Positions 32,627 through 46,200 of a stretch of DNA of 64,000 nucleotides are shown here, one piece after another (the first letter of the stretch is position 1; each line of letters opens with the position of its first letter). Below the pieces are notes generated by a model. It was given only the letters and a program-made list of their open reading frames with translations. It had not been told where the DNA came from and ran no database searches. The position numbers and the translations under genes were made by a program. Source of the stretch: Epithemia pelagica (Eukaryota; Protista; Bacillariophyta); NCBI GenBank assembly GCA_946965045.2, contig OX337235.1, forward strand, positions 1,116,001-1,180,000, given 5' to 3'.

Positions 32627-34291
32627 ATGAAACAAGGCTTGGTGGTGGTTGCTCCTCCTTGGAATTCGTCGCTTGCTTCTTCTTCTTGTTGTTCTTTCTG
32701 GCATCGTTCCATCCGACCGTCGGTTTCCTCACCAACGACCCTTTCTGGTACGACCGGCACCCTTGGTCGTCGTCATCATCCTCGTCGCTGTTGTTCTTGG
32801 ACCGTTGGCTTGATTTGCGGAGCGCTCTGGTTCCAGTCTTCCTCGGCTTGTGGTTTCACTCTCATATCGCCCTTGCAGTCGTCCTCATCGCTCTTGTCAT
32901 CCAAAACACGGTTGGAACGTTTTCGTGGTGGTGGTGGTACCCTTTTACCTAGAATCATGGCATCTTCATCGTCATCATCGTTGCCCTTGGTGGGTGCCAC
33001 TTCTCTGGCTGCCGCGTCCAACACACCATCATCATCACCCTTGGAGGACGACCAACAACAACAAGAACAACCTCCATCGACTTGCCCATCGGAACACCAG
33101 GATATGCACCAAGAGACGAATGAACGACAACCTCTCTTGTCCTCCTCCGGAACACCCACGAATGATACAAGCGGCGCCACCGAAACCAGCTCCTCCTCCT
33201 CCTCACCATCTACACCAGCATCATGGTTTGCCTCCATCAATTGGTTGTTGCTCTTTTACTTTGCCTTGTTTTATGCCGGTAATTATGGCTATTCCATCAC
33301 CAACAAATTGGCCGTCCAACAAGCCATGTTTCCCTTGACCATTTCCACCTTGAATTTTGGCATTGGATTCCTTTCCTATGTTCCCTGGTTGTGGATGGCC
33401 CACCTTCGACCCTGGCCCACCATTACCAAACGCGATTTGTTGCGCTTGTTGCCCGTGGCACTCTTTACGGCTGGATCTCATACCGCCTCGGTCTATGGCT
33501 ATGCCCATGGTTCGGTTTCCTTTGTCAATATTGTCAAAACGGCCGAACCCGTCTTTTGTGCCCTGTTGTCGCAATTTGGCGGCTACGGTCAACCGGTGTC
33601 GCTCGGCAAATGGCTGACCTTGCCCATCATTATTGGCGGTGTCGTGTACGCGTCGCAACACGAATATCACTTTTCCTGGGCTGCCTTGTGGTCCGCCTGT
33701 GTGGCCAATGCCATTGCCGCGATTCGGAGCAATGAAACCAAGGCCTTGTTGCAAACCGCCGGCTTGCAAGACCGCTTGCAAGGGGCGGGCAATCAATTTG
33801 CCGTCACGGCCGCCTTGGGCTTTGCCGCACTCCTACCCTGTGCCCTCATCGTGGAAGGTCCCCGCTATTCTGAACTGGCAGCACTGGTCCGGACCAGTTC
33901 CACCTTGCGTCGGCATGTGGTGGCCGCCTCGTTGTGTTTTTACAGTTACAATGAATTGCGCACCCTCACCTTGAAACAAACCTCGGCCGTGACCGGTTCC
34001 ATTGCCAATACCTTGAAACGAGTCTTGATTGTCATTGTCGTGGCGCTCGTGTTGCGCGAACACTTGACGGGTCCCAAATTACTCGGATGTCTCGTGGCCA
34101 TTGCCGGTGTCTTGTTGTATTCCACCATTGATACCCTGTGGCCGCCACCATCGACCCGCACCAAACCACCACAAGAAGATCCAACAAGAACAACCACCAG
34201 AATCCCCAACAGTCCTTCGACAACGTCTTCGATTACAACTACAGCGACCGATGGTACTTTTGACGACCCCATGCTTCCTCCACCCGTGTGA
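32627..34291 (+). CDS. Triose-phosphate/phosphate translocator family (TPT/EamA) transporter
   Basis: Motifs NYGYSITNK, HTASVYGYAHGSVSFVNIVKTAEPVF, SNETK, YSYNEL and SIANTLKRVLIVIV, with multiple TM helices. The long N-terminal extension makes the start uncertain. Confidence 0.85.
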   Translation: MKQGLVVVAPPWNSSLASSSCCSFWHRSIRPSVSSPTTLSGTTGTLGRRHHPRRCCSWTVGLICGALWFQSSSACGFTLISPLQSSSSLLSSKTRLERFRGGGGTLLPRIMASSSSSSLPLVGATSLAAASNTPSSSPLEDDQQQQEQPPSTCPSEHQDMHQETNERQPLLSSSGTPTNDTSGATETSSSSSSPSTPASWFASINWLLLFYFALFYAGNYGYSITNKLAVQQAMFPLTISTLNFGIGFLSYVPWLWMAHLRPWPTITKRDLLRLLPVALFTAGSHTASVYGYAHGSVSFVNIVKTAEPVFCALLSQFGGYGQPVSLGKWLTLPIIIGGVVYASQHEYHFSWAALWSACVANAIAAIRSNETKALLQTAGLQDRLQGAGNQFAVTAALGFAALLPCALIVEGPRYSELAALVRTSSTLRRHVVAASLCFYSYNELRTLTLKQTSAVTGSIANTLKRVLIVIVVALVLREHLTGPKLLGCLVAIAGVLLYSTIDTLWPPPSTRTKPPQEDPTRTTTRIPNSPSTTSSITTTATDGTFDDPMLPPPV

Positions 34292-34826
34292 GTATCTCTT
34301 GCGAAACAACAACAACAACAAAAGATCGCGTTTGTCCGGAATACGATCATGTTCTTTTGGCCATGGCAATTGTGTGTGCTGTGAATGCTTTGTGGTGCGT
34401 TCCCAGTCGTCCTTGTTGTCGCAAGGTGTGTTTTGCCATTGTGGTTTTTGGATTTCCAACTAACACATGTGTGCATTTGTGTTGTTTGTCATGCAGTACT
34501 ACGAAACCAAAGAAAGAATAGCAAGTTGGTTTTACTAAAGAACCAACGATTGATGCGAGAAACGACATAATCCAAAACTGCAATACACTCGCTTTCTCCG
34601 TGTACCTCTGACCAGAGCTTTGACAAACGTCGATTTATAACTCGACGTTGGTCAATCTATACGTTGGATGGCAAATAAAGAGTAGTAACTACACCAAAAC
34701 ATAAAAGGTTGGCAACGAACCAGTTCCCTGTATCTGCAATTTTCTAATTCATATCGGGGTGCCCGCTATATAGGTAGATCTCTCGGGGGTATAGTGTGTC
34801 CGAGAAACCCTCAATATACTACTATA

Positions 34827-37800
34827 CTACACGTCATCGGCAAAGGTAACACTCTTTCGGCGAGGCGGTGGCATTCGTTCCTTTTCTTCTGGTAGGGATC
34901 CATCGTCCACCGTGACTTCCATTAAAGAATATTCTTTGTCGTCTTCGACCGTTACTTCCATCATGGAACCTCCCTCGTCGTCTGTTTCCACGACTTCTTC
35001 GATCCATTCCTCTTCTTCTTCCTCGACCTCCTCCAAAATTGTTTCCTCCAACTTGGTTTTGACTTCTTCCTTGGATTTGGTCGGTCGTTTTTTGCCTCTT
35101 CGTTTCGAGGATGCTGGTTTGGGTACCTTGGTTGCTTTCCTCTCCTTCTTCTCCTTCTTACTGGCGCTGCTCGTTTTGGAGGACTTGGATTTTGAGTCTG
35201 TACCATCTTTGCTCGATTTGCTGCTCTTTTCTTTCTTCTCCTTGATTGGTTTCAGCGATTCTTTTTTCTCACTGGTGGAAGACAATTTTGATTCTTTCTT
35301 GTCTTTGCTTTTCGACTTGCTACTCTTTTCACTTTTGCCACTCTTTTCACTTTTTTCCGTCTTGGCACTCTTTTCCGTCTTTTCGCTCTTTTCGCTCACG
35401 AGGGACTTGGAGGATTCCTTTTTGGAACTGGCCTTGCTGGTCTTGCTCGTTTTGCTCACTTTGCTGAGCTTGCTCAGTTTGCTGCTTTTGCTCACTTTGC
35501 TGTCACCTTTGCTCGCCTTGCTACTCTTGCTGGTACTACTGCTCTTATTGGCCTTTTTCTTGTCGCCCTTCTTCTCTTTGGAAGCATCCTTGGCCTTTTT
35601 CTTGGAGTCCTCCTTGGATGATTTTTCCTCGGGAATAACCTCCCTCGTTGATTCCTCCTTATGAGTCTCCTCCATGACAACGTCCTTTGTTGACTCCTTA
35701 AGGGTCTCCATTTCTTTGAGAACATCCTCCGTTGACTCCACGTGGGAATCCTCCTTTGGTAGGACATCAGGAACGTTTTGCTCTATTGTTGCTTTCGTTT
35801 CTTCTGTAGGTTCTTCATTTGGTGTTATTTCTTCAATCTTTGGAGCTTCTTTTGGCTCGGAATCCTCGATAGGCGCTTCGTCGGGCCTTTCCTCTTCAGG
35901 ATCCTCACGCTCGACCTCCATTTCTTCCTCGATACTGTCTGCTACAGGAGAGAACTTGGCTGCTGGTGGATCCGTGGAACTCCTTCGTTGTGCTTTTTGG
36001 AATGTCGTTGGTGTTGTTGGTGGGTCGACTGGTAGTCCCTGCCGGAGCGCCTCGAGCGATGACAAATGGCCACCGCTATCATTCAAACGTTCCGCATGTC
36101 TGTTTGTGGGCGAATTGTTATTGGCGTTGAGCAAGTAGTGGTCCATTGTGATGACGGAAACTTCATCGTCAAAGGTTGAAATCTTTGACATGACCCGTCT
36201 CACTGGGGCCAGTTCATCGTCCGACGACGATGATGACGACGAAGATGAGGAGGAAGATGATGAAGACGAGGAAGACGACGATGAGGAGGACTCTGAAGAG
36301 GACTCTGAAGATGATGAAGACGAGGAGGAAGACGAAGAAGATTCACCCTCGTCGTTTTGGTCTCTCAATGTGGAATCTTTCCTGACTTCGCCACTCAGGG
36401 ATTGCGTCAATGGTGTTGCATTCGCAGGGTCAGCCACGGGGGGCTTCGAAAAGGATTTTCCCCAATCGTCATCTTTGTTGGCACTTTGTCGTGAGTTGGC
36501 CCTGGAATCCTTATTGGAGTCCACTTCAGTTTCATCGTTCTCAATGGTATTTGACTGTCCCGCCTCTTCTGTTGCGTTCGTGGGATCATCTGTCTCCGTC
36601 TCCGCCACATTGTTCTGCGAATGGTGTTCGTCCGTCACCTTCTGCAACTCCTCCGCCTCGGGTTGCTCTTCATTAGCATCAAGATGATCATCAGCTTTGT
36701 CAAATCTTTCCTCGGAAGAGCTGTCACTGTCATCTGATGATAGAGATCCTGATCCTAATGGGTTGCTTTCTGCTTTCTTCTCCACTTTGGTGACCTCTGT
36801 GTCTTTGCCGGTATCTTGTTCTGCCCTTTGCTCTTTGCAAGTGACAACCTGTGCTTGCCGTTCCATTTTGTGAGAATCATCTTCTTTACTCAACGAATCC
36901 GACTGGGAGGTGCTCGATCCATGGCTTGACAGTTTTGATTCTTCCGTCACATCCTGTTCATCTATGTCCTTTTCCAAATCTTGTTGCAGCTCGTGTCGTT
37001 CATTTTCGACCTCGTCGTCCTGGCCATCAATGCTGTCGACAGGGCTTTCGTCCTCGTCATCAGAAATTTCTTTGGAAACCACCGATGCTTTGATGTTATC
37101 GTGATCTTCTTGTCCTTTGGGTTCATCTTGTGAGTCGTCGGCATCTTCGCTATCAGAAGCTTCGTCTTTCTCATCCGAAACTATAGATGCTGCGACGTTG
37201 TTATCATCTTCTTCCACTTGAGGTTCATCTTGTACATCGCTGATATCCTCCTCATCAGAAGCTTCGTCCTTCTCATCCGAAACTATCGAGCCTTCGATGT
37301 TGTCATCGTCGTCTTCCACTTGAGCTTCATCTGTTTCTTCTTTCATATCCTCATCGTCGGAAACTTCGTCCTTCTGTTGATCCGAAACAATTGATGCTTC
37401 GATTTTGTCATCTTCAATGTGGCTATCATTATCAGATCTAAAGCTTTTAGCTTCCTCGTCCAGACCTCGCGTATCTTGTATAGCCTCTTCTTGGTCATTT
37501 TCCACTTCAGCGTCTTCTTCATGTGCGACTTGTTGTTCCTGAAACGTCGCTATAGGCTCCTCTTCCCCTTCAGAGTCAATTTCGTCTTGATCGGTCGTCA
37601 TGGCTTCAGCCCCCACATCCAAGCCATCCTCATCCACACTGCTTTCCTCACTTTCCTGAGAACCAAGAGTAGATCGACCTTCATTTGTTGCGTCTTCTTC
37701 GGCAACGTTGGCCACCGGTTCTTGATAGTCTCTGTTTCCTTCTTCAAAGCCCTCCGCCACGTTTTCAATTTCGTCTTCCTCATTTTCTTCCTTGTTTTCA

Positions 37801-40800
37801 TCCTCGTCTGTCATTGCCTGCTGAAAGCTTTCTTGAGCCTCTTCCACGACGTCATCTGCGTTATCCTCGTCCTCATCATCCATCGCAACCTCCGGTTCAA
37901 GGTCATCCACAACGTCTTCTATTTGGCTTCCCTCCTTGTCCTCATCATCTGCCCCTTCATCCCCTTCGGTTGCTTCTTCTGGCACATACATGTCAGGACT
38001 GCTTCTCTGGGAGTCATTGGTCTCGGGTTGTTCCAGACTTAGATCCTGGGATTGTGTCTCGGCCGAGTGAGATTCCCCCGTCTCGACGGGTGTGTCCACG
38101 GTCGAGGATGACGTGGATGCGGCAGAGGGAACAGTCGTTGGCATATCTGCTCCAAAGCCCTCATCGTCCTTGTGGGCGACTTGCTCGGTGGAGGTGGAAA
38201 GATGCTTGCCGTCGCCATCCTCGGGAGGCACCGAAAAGCTTTCGATTGTACTCGGTGGAGCTTCCTCTTCAACTGTACTGGTCTCGACCAGCAACGGCAC
38301 CGACGTTGGTGGAGCTTTTTCCGCTCCCGACGACGCAGAAGAGGACGACGACGATGAGGAGGAGGACGAACAACTACTGTCATCGTCATCATGGTTGCCT
38401 CGGCCTCGGGCCTTGGGGCTGAGCTGCATATCCGGGGGCGGTGCTCGCTGGGGCACGGTGAAGAAAAGGATAGGCTTGGTTTTCTCCGGTGCAATCTTGA
38501 TATCGACACTGGCCACTTCCTCTGTCTTGTTGGTGGGAGGAGGATTGCTTGATTCGACAAAGTCTTGTTGCTGGGGCGCAATTGGTTGGGGTGTCGGTGA
38601 CGACAAATCCTTTTGAGGTGGAGCATGGGTGGTAACTGATGGTGGTGCTGGAGAACGCGGTGGTGGCATCGATTGTTGTTCTTGTTGTTGCACTGATGGA
38701 GCTGGTGATCGACGGGGACTGTTTTGAGCAATAGGTGGTTCTCCATTCGTCAATGCCAGAGGCTTGGACGATTGTTGTTGTTGCCGTTGAGGCGGCGAAC
38801 CTTGTTCTTGTTGTGGTTGGCGTCGTTGTTGTGGTTGCTGTTGTGGTTGTTGCTGTTGCTGTGGTGGTTGTGGACGCGGTTGTCGACTGGACGGTGACAA
38901 AGGAGGACCGTTTGGGGGGCTGTTGGGGAATGGTGGGGGTCCATTCCTCGACGCCAAGGGCTTGGGTGATCGATGCGGCGTATGTGCTTGATGTTGTTGT
39001 TGCTGTTGTTGCACCGGTGAAGGTGGTGGTTGTGACTGTCGTTGTTGCTGTTGCTGCTGCTGCTGTGGTCGTGGCGCAGGAGACGCAGGCGCTGGTGCAT
39101 TCAAAGGGCGCGATGATGGTGGACGGTTCTGCATGGTTTCGTTTCCACGACGTTGCTGTGAGGGTGAAGGAGGAGGCCCACGTTGGTTCTGATTGTTAAT
39201 GTTGTTGTTGTTCCGGTTGGAGCTATTATTGCCATTGGTAAGGAGCAGTGGTCCTTGTTGTTGCTGTTGTCGTTGTGGTCGTTGTTGCTGCTGTTGTGAT
39301 CGTTGTTNNNNNNNNNNNNNNNNNNNNNNNNNNNNNNNNNNNNNNNNNNNNNNNNNNNNNNNNNNNNNNNNNNNNNNNNNNNNNNNNNNNNNNNNNNNNN
39401 NNNNNNNNNNNNNNNNNNNNNNNNNNNNNNNNNNNNNNNNNNNNNNNNNNNNNNNNNNNNNNNNNNNNNNNNNNNNNNNNNNNNNNNNNNNNNNNNNNNN
39501 NNNNNNNGATTCTGGTTATTGTTTTTGTTCTTGGAGGGCGACTGTTCGCCTCGTTGCGTCAACTGCGGTACCGATTTGGAACTTTTTTTGCTCGACTTAT
39601 TGTTATTCTTATTGCTGCTTCCACCATTGGTCAGTTGAGGGTGTTTACGTACTTCGGGTTGTTTCCATTCGGGTCGTTTGGACGCCTTGTCGGTCATTTT
39701 CATGGTTTCAATGGTCCCATCGGGACGTTCCAAGACAGTGGTCGTAATGGTTTCCAAGGTTCCATCGTCGTGCAAAATCTGTTCTTCGGTCGTTTCCATA
39801 CGCACCGGACGATTGTCCCCCGGAATGCCCGAACTCGCCACCAAGGCGCCACCACCACCACCGCCAGTACTGCTGCTGCTGCCCGCAGTGCGATTGGCAG
39901 TGTTGGCATTGGACGAGTTTCGATTGTTGGAGTTGTTGTTGTTGGGATTGACTCGTGTACTCAAGGCCGTACTCGAAGAGGAGGAAGAGGACCGTCCAGT
40001 CCCTGCATTTCGTCCTTGGGGCGGTGATTCTCCAGAATGGGGGACCAAATCGGTGCAACCCGCAGAGGAGGAGGGAGGGACCGACGATCCATCGCGAACC
40101 ACCAGTTGCGTGCTAGTATTGGATTCGCCACTCAATTGTTTTCGAAAGGGATTTTTAAAGAGGCGATTCTTGGCCTTGGCTTGTTGTTGTTGCTGTTGTT
40201 TTTCTTGTTGTTTTTGCCGTTGTTGTTCCTCAGTGGGTTTGGGACGTTCCGGTGCCCGTTGGTAATTGGGACGAGGTGCATCGTCTTCGGAACTGGAACT
40301 GGCACTCCGATAACTGCCACTGTCACTACTACTACTGCTATCGTCATCATCCTTGTGACTGCCAGTGGAGCGATTCTTGCCTTGACGTTTCGTAGTACTC
40401 GGTGCAAAGCGTTGAATGCCAGTCGAGTTGGAGGATTGAGCCGCATTGGACGAGTTTCCATTGGTAATGGCCAAGAGTTTTCCCTTTTTCTTGGGAGCCT
40501 TTTTCGTATTATTGGCGTTGTTGGTGTTGTTGGATTCGGCGGCACTGGCACCAAGTTTGTCATCCAGAAAGTCCCATTCGGCTCCAGGATAAGGAAAGCC
40601 AAATCGTTGTTGAAAATCTCGTTTCCATACTTCGTAGGGCGAATGAAAGCAAATATTGACCTTGCGAGGATCGTATCCCTTGGCCTCACCCGTTGCTTGT
40701 TGTTGATCTTGTTGCGATCGATCATAATCCTGACGAGCATCGTCGTCACTCAAGAGTTCGTAGGCACTGGATATTTTGGCAAACAAATCTTGGGCCCGTT

Positions 40801-40936
40801 TCTTTTCCGGTCCTTCTTGAGGATGACGATCGGGATGATGCTTCAAGGCTAGACTACGATAGGCCTTGCGAATCGCCACCAACGACGACGTTCGGGAGAC
40901 GCCCAAAATCTTGTAGGGATCATCGCCCTTCTCCAT
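34827..40936 (-). CDS. Giant DnaJ-domain protein (~2000 aa) with a low-complexity Q/P, D/E and K/S-rich body; interrupted by an assembly gap
   Basis: J-domain DPYKILGV...AYRSLALKHHPD...LSDDDARQDYD at 40936. After the gap, the frame QRSQQQ...GPLLLTNG...NETMQNRPP is open and continuous with the 1435-aa ORF starting at 39134. Confidence 0.7.
39308..39507. other. Assembly gap (200 N)
   Basis: Run of n flanked by CAA/CAG-type microsatellite sequence. Confidence 0.99.
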
Positions 40937-41768
40937 GATGGTTGTGTTGGTATGGATGAACGAAACGCAAGTCTATCAACCAACCACTCGAGACCCCAAA
41001 GAGATGAGAGATGAGAGAGAGAGGATCGATGCGTACAAAAGACACCCAAATGGAAAATTGAGAGAGGAGACACCAATTATTAGTGTCGCGTTGGGTCTTG
41101 GCAGGATCAACGCAATACACACTTTCATGGCATACCCAACTAGTTTTTGGAGCTTGTCGAATAAAGTTCCCCAAAGCCTTCCGGACGAATGACGGACTCT
41201 ATGACTTTTCAGGTCTTTTTCGGTTGGCATCAAATTTCGAGCCTTGGGCGAAACGTTGGACATAGGTAGTCTAAGATACGAGTCGGATAGCTAGAGAAAG
41301 CAAACCAAAACTTGACCTGAATGGACTGGATAGACCGATTCCCAGCCGAGATCTAAAATGGAGCCGTCGGAACATGGATCCTTTTTGTCTCTTTGTGGGT
41401 CGAATAGAGTTCAATGACTGTTCTTGGTGGAAGGGAGAGGGAGTCTCCCCTTCATGCTCCTTTGTTCAGGGTGTTGCAACAGGCATTGGTTGATGCCATC
41501 CGGCTCTACTCACGAAAAAAATGTCCCCTGATTCCACACGACCCTGGGGCACATCCATCCTGTTTCGCAGGTTCCGATTGTGTTCCAGCTCAAGTGTCCA
41601 GAGAATTGTGATTTGCTGTTGTGCAGTACCACGACACCGACTGTTCCACATTCCCTGAATCCACACTCAGATCACTTTTCTAGGCTCGCCTTTTGTTCTT
41701 GACATGATCCGTTCTTGGTCACACACACAAGTTTGCGGTCGCCGTCCCTCGAGTAAATGTTACACGTC

Positions 41769-42608
41769 CTAGTGCTGGATTCGCCTCGTGTGTAGGTCAG
41801 GATGATCTTGTTCTTGTTCCCGTTGCCATTGGTGAACGCGTTGAAGGACCATACTGGCGGCGACATAGACATTGAAACTAGCCGTCCCGACACCGTATTG
41901 AGGCAATCGAACAAAGCAATTGCACGAGGCCATGTGTTTGGGATGAATGCCACTGCCTTCGTTGCCCATCAAGAATGCAATACCCGTGGGAGAATCTTGT
42001 TGTTGTTGTTGGTTTTGGAGTTGCTGCAAAAATTCCTCCATGGTGAGGGCGGAGGGATGGATTTCGACTCCCACCAACGAAAGATGGTACTGTTCCAAAT
42101 AGGCGACACAGGATTGCCATCGATCAAATCGTCGAATCGACATGCCACCGTCTTGCAGCAATGTGGTCAATACTCTTGGCACATGGGATCCCTTTCTCGA
42201 GGAATCCTTTGTCGTCGTGCCTGCATCCTTTACAACGTTCAAGGGTACATCTCGTGGCGTGTCGTCCTGTGCATGGGTACTGGACGTGCTGGTGGTCGTC
42301 GTTGCAGTTTGGGTGGTGGTGGATGTCGATGGCGGCGGTAGTGCTGGCATGGATATTGTAGTGGGACCAAAGTCAAAGCCTCCTTGACCCACAACCAAGA
42401 CAGACTTGCAGCCAAAGGCTGCGGCGGTGAGCAACAAGCGTTGAATGTTGTTGGATTTTTGAATGTTGGTAATCACCAAGTGAAGGGAAACGGGCGAATC
42501 GTTCACCATGTCTACCTCGCAATCCTCTTCTTGTGCTCTTGCATCCTCGACATGGTTGTCGAGATGATTCGTAGGATTGCCGTCAATGGTGGACGCCGCC
42601 ATGGTCAA
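41769..42608 (-). CDS. SpoU/TrmH-family RNA methyltransferase
   Basis: Motifs LVITNIQKSNNIQRLLLTAAAFG, LVGVEI, FLMGNEGSGI and VRLPQYGVGTASFNVYVAASMVL. Confidence 0.9.
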   Translation of the reverse strand: MTMAASTIDGNPTNHLDNHVEDARAQEEDCEVDMVNDSPVSLHLVITNIQKSNNIQRLLLTAAAFGCKSVLVVGQGGFDFGPTTISMPALPPPSTSTTTQTATTTTSTSSTHAQDDTPRDVPLNVVKDAGTTTKDSSRKGSHVPRVLTTLLQDGGMSIRRFDRWQSCVAYLEQYHLSLVGVEIHPSALTMEEFLQQLQNQQQQQDSPTGIAFLMGNEGSGIHPKHMASCNCFVRLPQYGVGTASFNVYVAASMVLQRVHQWQREQEQDHPDLHTRRIQH

Positions 42609-43269
42609 TGTTTTTGTTTGGACTCCACACCAAAGGCGATCACCAAACGCGACCGCAGAAAACTAGGTGGTCTATGACGCCGTCAATGTCGAAAAAGGTC
42701 TCAAAGATGTCCAATGGCGTCGACTCTTGAAACACCATCCACGGCAACTTCTCGTACTCGTAGTTGTTAAAGGTCGGAGTGGAAGGTGGTGTCGTTATGG
42801 AACCCTATTCTCTAAGTGAGAAACGTTCGTATTTTCTTGTATGGTATTCACAATTCACAGTCGCGTTTTCACCCTCTTGTTTCCGCCCAAAGTAGTCGCT
42901 TGGAGACGAATGTAAATCAGTGTCTCCTTCGTTACGACAAGTAGGGATTTCAGCTCTGTCTTCTTCGTGGAATTGAAACAAGGAGTCATTTATTGCTATC
43001 CTCTACGAGCTACGAGTTCTTTTTTACCATCTCTGGACATTCGGTGTTGACAAGGTCTTCTCATGAGGGTTCATGGCGCATGTTGTACCACGGCAACAAA
43101 ACCAATCCTCATGGTCCAGGATATATGCGGGTGTACCCCAATACGTCAATAGGGAATCTACCCAGGTTTTGTTCTCACTCGTCCAAACTTGAGTGGTCAG
43201 AGTCTTTAACAAGGCCGTGCCAACGCTCTGTTGTTACGAACAACAGTTTCGCTTCCTTCTTGCTTGTGG

Positions 43270-46200
43270 TTACCAGTACACAAAGGTTTCGTCGTACAAT
43301 CGCACCAATCGATGAACGACATTTTGAACCACTTGCTGGGTTTCCTCGTCTACGCCATCTTCTCTCTTCTTTTTCTTGTTCTTTTTGGTTTCGTCGTCGT
43401 CGTCGTCGCCGGGTGTGGTGGTGGCACTGGGGACAGCGGCATAGCGGACCAAAATTTCGTTAAACGTACGAGTTCCATCGCAGGCGGACAAGATTTCTCC
43501 CTCCAATTCATCCATCAACTCATACCAGGAGGGAGAGGATTCCGGATTATTCCCATGACTCTTGTCCGGAAGGTGAAGGATGCGACCAGGCATTTGAACC
43601 CATGTGGTTGCCAGGTTGGAGTTCATATCGTCGTAGTAGTCATCCTCATCATTGTCGTCCATGTCTGCTTCGGGGAGTGAAAAACGGGCTTGAAAGTGGG
43701 CCGCTCCGACGCGTTGAGGATATGCCGGTTCTACCACGGGACGACCCAGAGTGCTACTGCTCAAGGTGGTGCGGGAACCCACATCATTCCCCAAGAGTTT
43801 CCGTAAATCAGCGGGTTTCCGTTTAATGATATAATCCTCCATGACCAGCATATCCAAATTGCCTTTGGTATACAAGAAGCTTCGAATGGCTTCCATGGGA
43901 GTTTCGACAATGGGTTCTCTTCGCAATGTGTTGAAGGACGTATTCAGGACCATTGGAATGCCGGTTCGCTTCCAGAATTCGGTAATCAAGGCATGGTAGG
44001 ATGGTTCGTCGGTGGATGTGACGGTTTGCAATCGCGACGAACCATCAATATGTGTCACGGCTGGTATTTTGTGTCGTTGCGTTTCCTTCACTTGTGCCGT
44101 CAAACTCATGTAGGGACTTGCCGTTGTACCGGCAAGAGTCGGAGGGGAAATGCCATCAAACCATTCATGCGCTTGTTCGGCCAACACACTGGGTGCAAAA
44201 GGTCGAAAGGTTTCTCGTTGTTTGACATGTTGATTTATGAATCGAACCAAACCGTGTTTACGAGGATCAGCCAATATACTTCGATGGCCCAAAGCTCGGG
44301 GACCCACCTCGGATCTCGAGTGAAACCAGGCAATGACACCTCCCGACATGAGTTCGTCCACCATGCGACTGTGACGGACGTATTCGTCACGAACCATTTC
44401 GACTTCAATCCAGGGTGAAGCACGGTCCAATGCTTCTTGAATTTCGGCATGGGAATACAAGCCTCCCAAATAGGGCGATAGGGGTCCCTTCCACAAGGGC
44501 GGTGAATCTCTCGTGGAAGAGTTCAGCTCGTCACCGTCCTTTGGTAATGCGGACGTTCTTTGTTCCTCCTCTTTCTGCATTGCTGGCGTTCTTCGTCCAA
44601 ACAGTCCATAGGCACAACATCCCACCGCAATGCCATCGTCTCCCGGGTAGGGTGGTACAAATAATTGCCTCTTTTGGGTGGCATCCTCTGGTCCTTGTTG
44701 TTGAAGCTCCAATGCCACTCGACCATTGAGAACCGAATTCAAGGCCACCCCACCGGCCAAACAAAGATTGTCTTGTCCCGTTTGCTCCTGAAAGTGTCGA
44801 ATAAAATCCATGGCTACGGTTTCCAAGTCGGTTTGCATCCGATGCGCCAGTGCCATGGCCTCCAAGGCAACCCTTGTGGGTGGCAAACGTGGTTGGTTGT
44901 TGTTGTCGTCGTTTTCCTCATTGTCGTCCCCCGAGACTGGGTTGGTCATGTCCTGGTTGTTATCGTCCGCTGCACCCGTATAGTCGGGGACAACATCGGG
45001 TCGATCAAAATCATAGGGGTTTCGCCGTTGTGGAACAGTTTCCTCATCGTCATCATTGCTGCCCACATTGTGTGGTTGGAACAAGTCGGGGTCATTGCGA
45101 GCACACAAAGGAAGTCCTTTCAAGAGTGTTCGATCAATGACAAGTGCATCATCACGATACAAGCTTCCTGAAACGATTTGTTGTAAAAGTGTGGGAGGTT
45201 GGACCGTTTGAGCCATGGGGGGATCTTGCGCCCATTGCGTTTCGGCAGCGGCCCAGGGTGCCATGCCCATGACCTTGCCACAGGCATTCCAATCTCCAAA
45301 AATATGGCTGCTCGTTCGTGAATACAAGGCTCCCAAAGAATCCATACTGTCAAATCCATGATTGTACAAGACGGGTGGAACATGTTCTTGTGTAAATCGT
45401 TTGAAAATGGGTTGGATATCCACAATGGCACGGGGAGTGTCGTCTGGATCCGTCGTCGTGCTGTTCGACTTGACAAACGTGTAGACCGATTCGGCCTCGC
45501 GCCAATCAAAACAAGTGGATTGTGCCAATTCCTCTAAATTGCTCGGTATCAATTGCATCGTACTTTGCGCTGTGTCAGGTTGCGGCAAATTAAAGTCACA
45601 GACATACTGAGGATCCTGTTCCTGAACGGCTTGCATCATGGCCCGATACGTTTCTCCCATACCATCCATTACCACGACAAGACCGTGATCAAACGGCGCT
45701 TGTGCCGCGACACTGTAGGCATGAGCCAAATGATGGGACAACTCGTAGTGACTCGACACATGGGGGAACAAATTTTCCGGTTCCGTCAAGAATCCATCTC
45801 GCTCGTCGTCCGGTCCTTGATTGACCAACAAGCCAGCTTCCCATTCCAATTGTGATACATCTCGTTCTCGAGGAAGGACCCGGTAATGATGATTGTTGAC
45901 AATCACTTGATCAATATTCTCCATATCCAACTGCAAGGCATCCAAACAGGTTTCCACCAACTCGGTCACCGAACCAGCCGCATGTTTGTGCCGTGATCCA
46001 ATTCGTTCCTTGGATTGAGCATACAGCACCTCACCCGTTTCAGCATGAGCCACACAAATACATGTATCGTGACTGTACTTGTTCAACCCCACCACCAACC
46101 GCGTCGTCTCGTCGGCAACCGCCAAGGGATGCTCCTTCAACCAATCGTCCTTGGTCTTGTCATTTGTTCCAGGAGAGGAAGGGCCATAGGGATTTTCTTC

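Noticed and set aside
34912-38746. Long hydrophobic or Ser-rich plus-strand ORFs opposite the acidic protein (similar ones opposite the transposases)
   Set aside because: These are antisense artefacts of low-complexity Lys/Glu/Asp/Gln codons.
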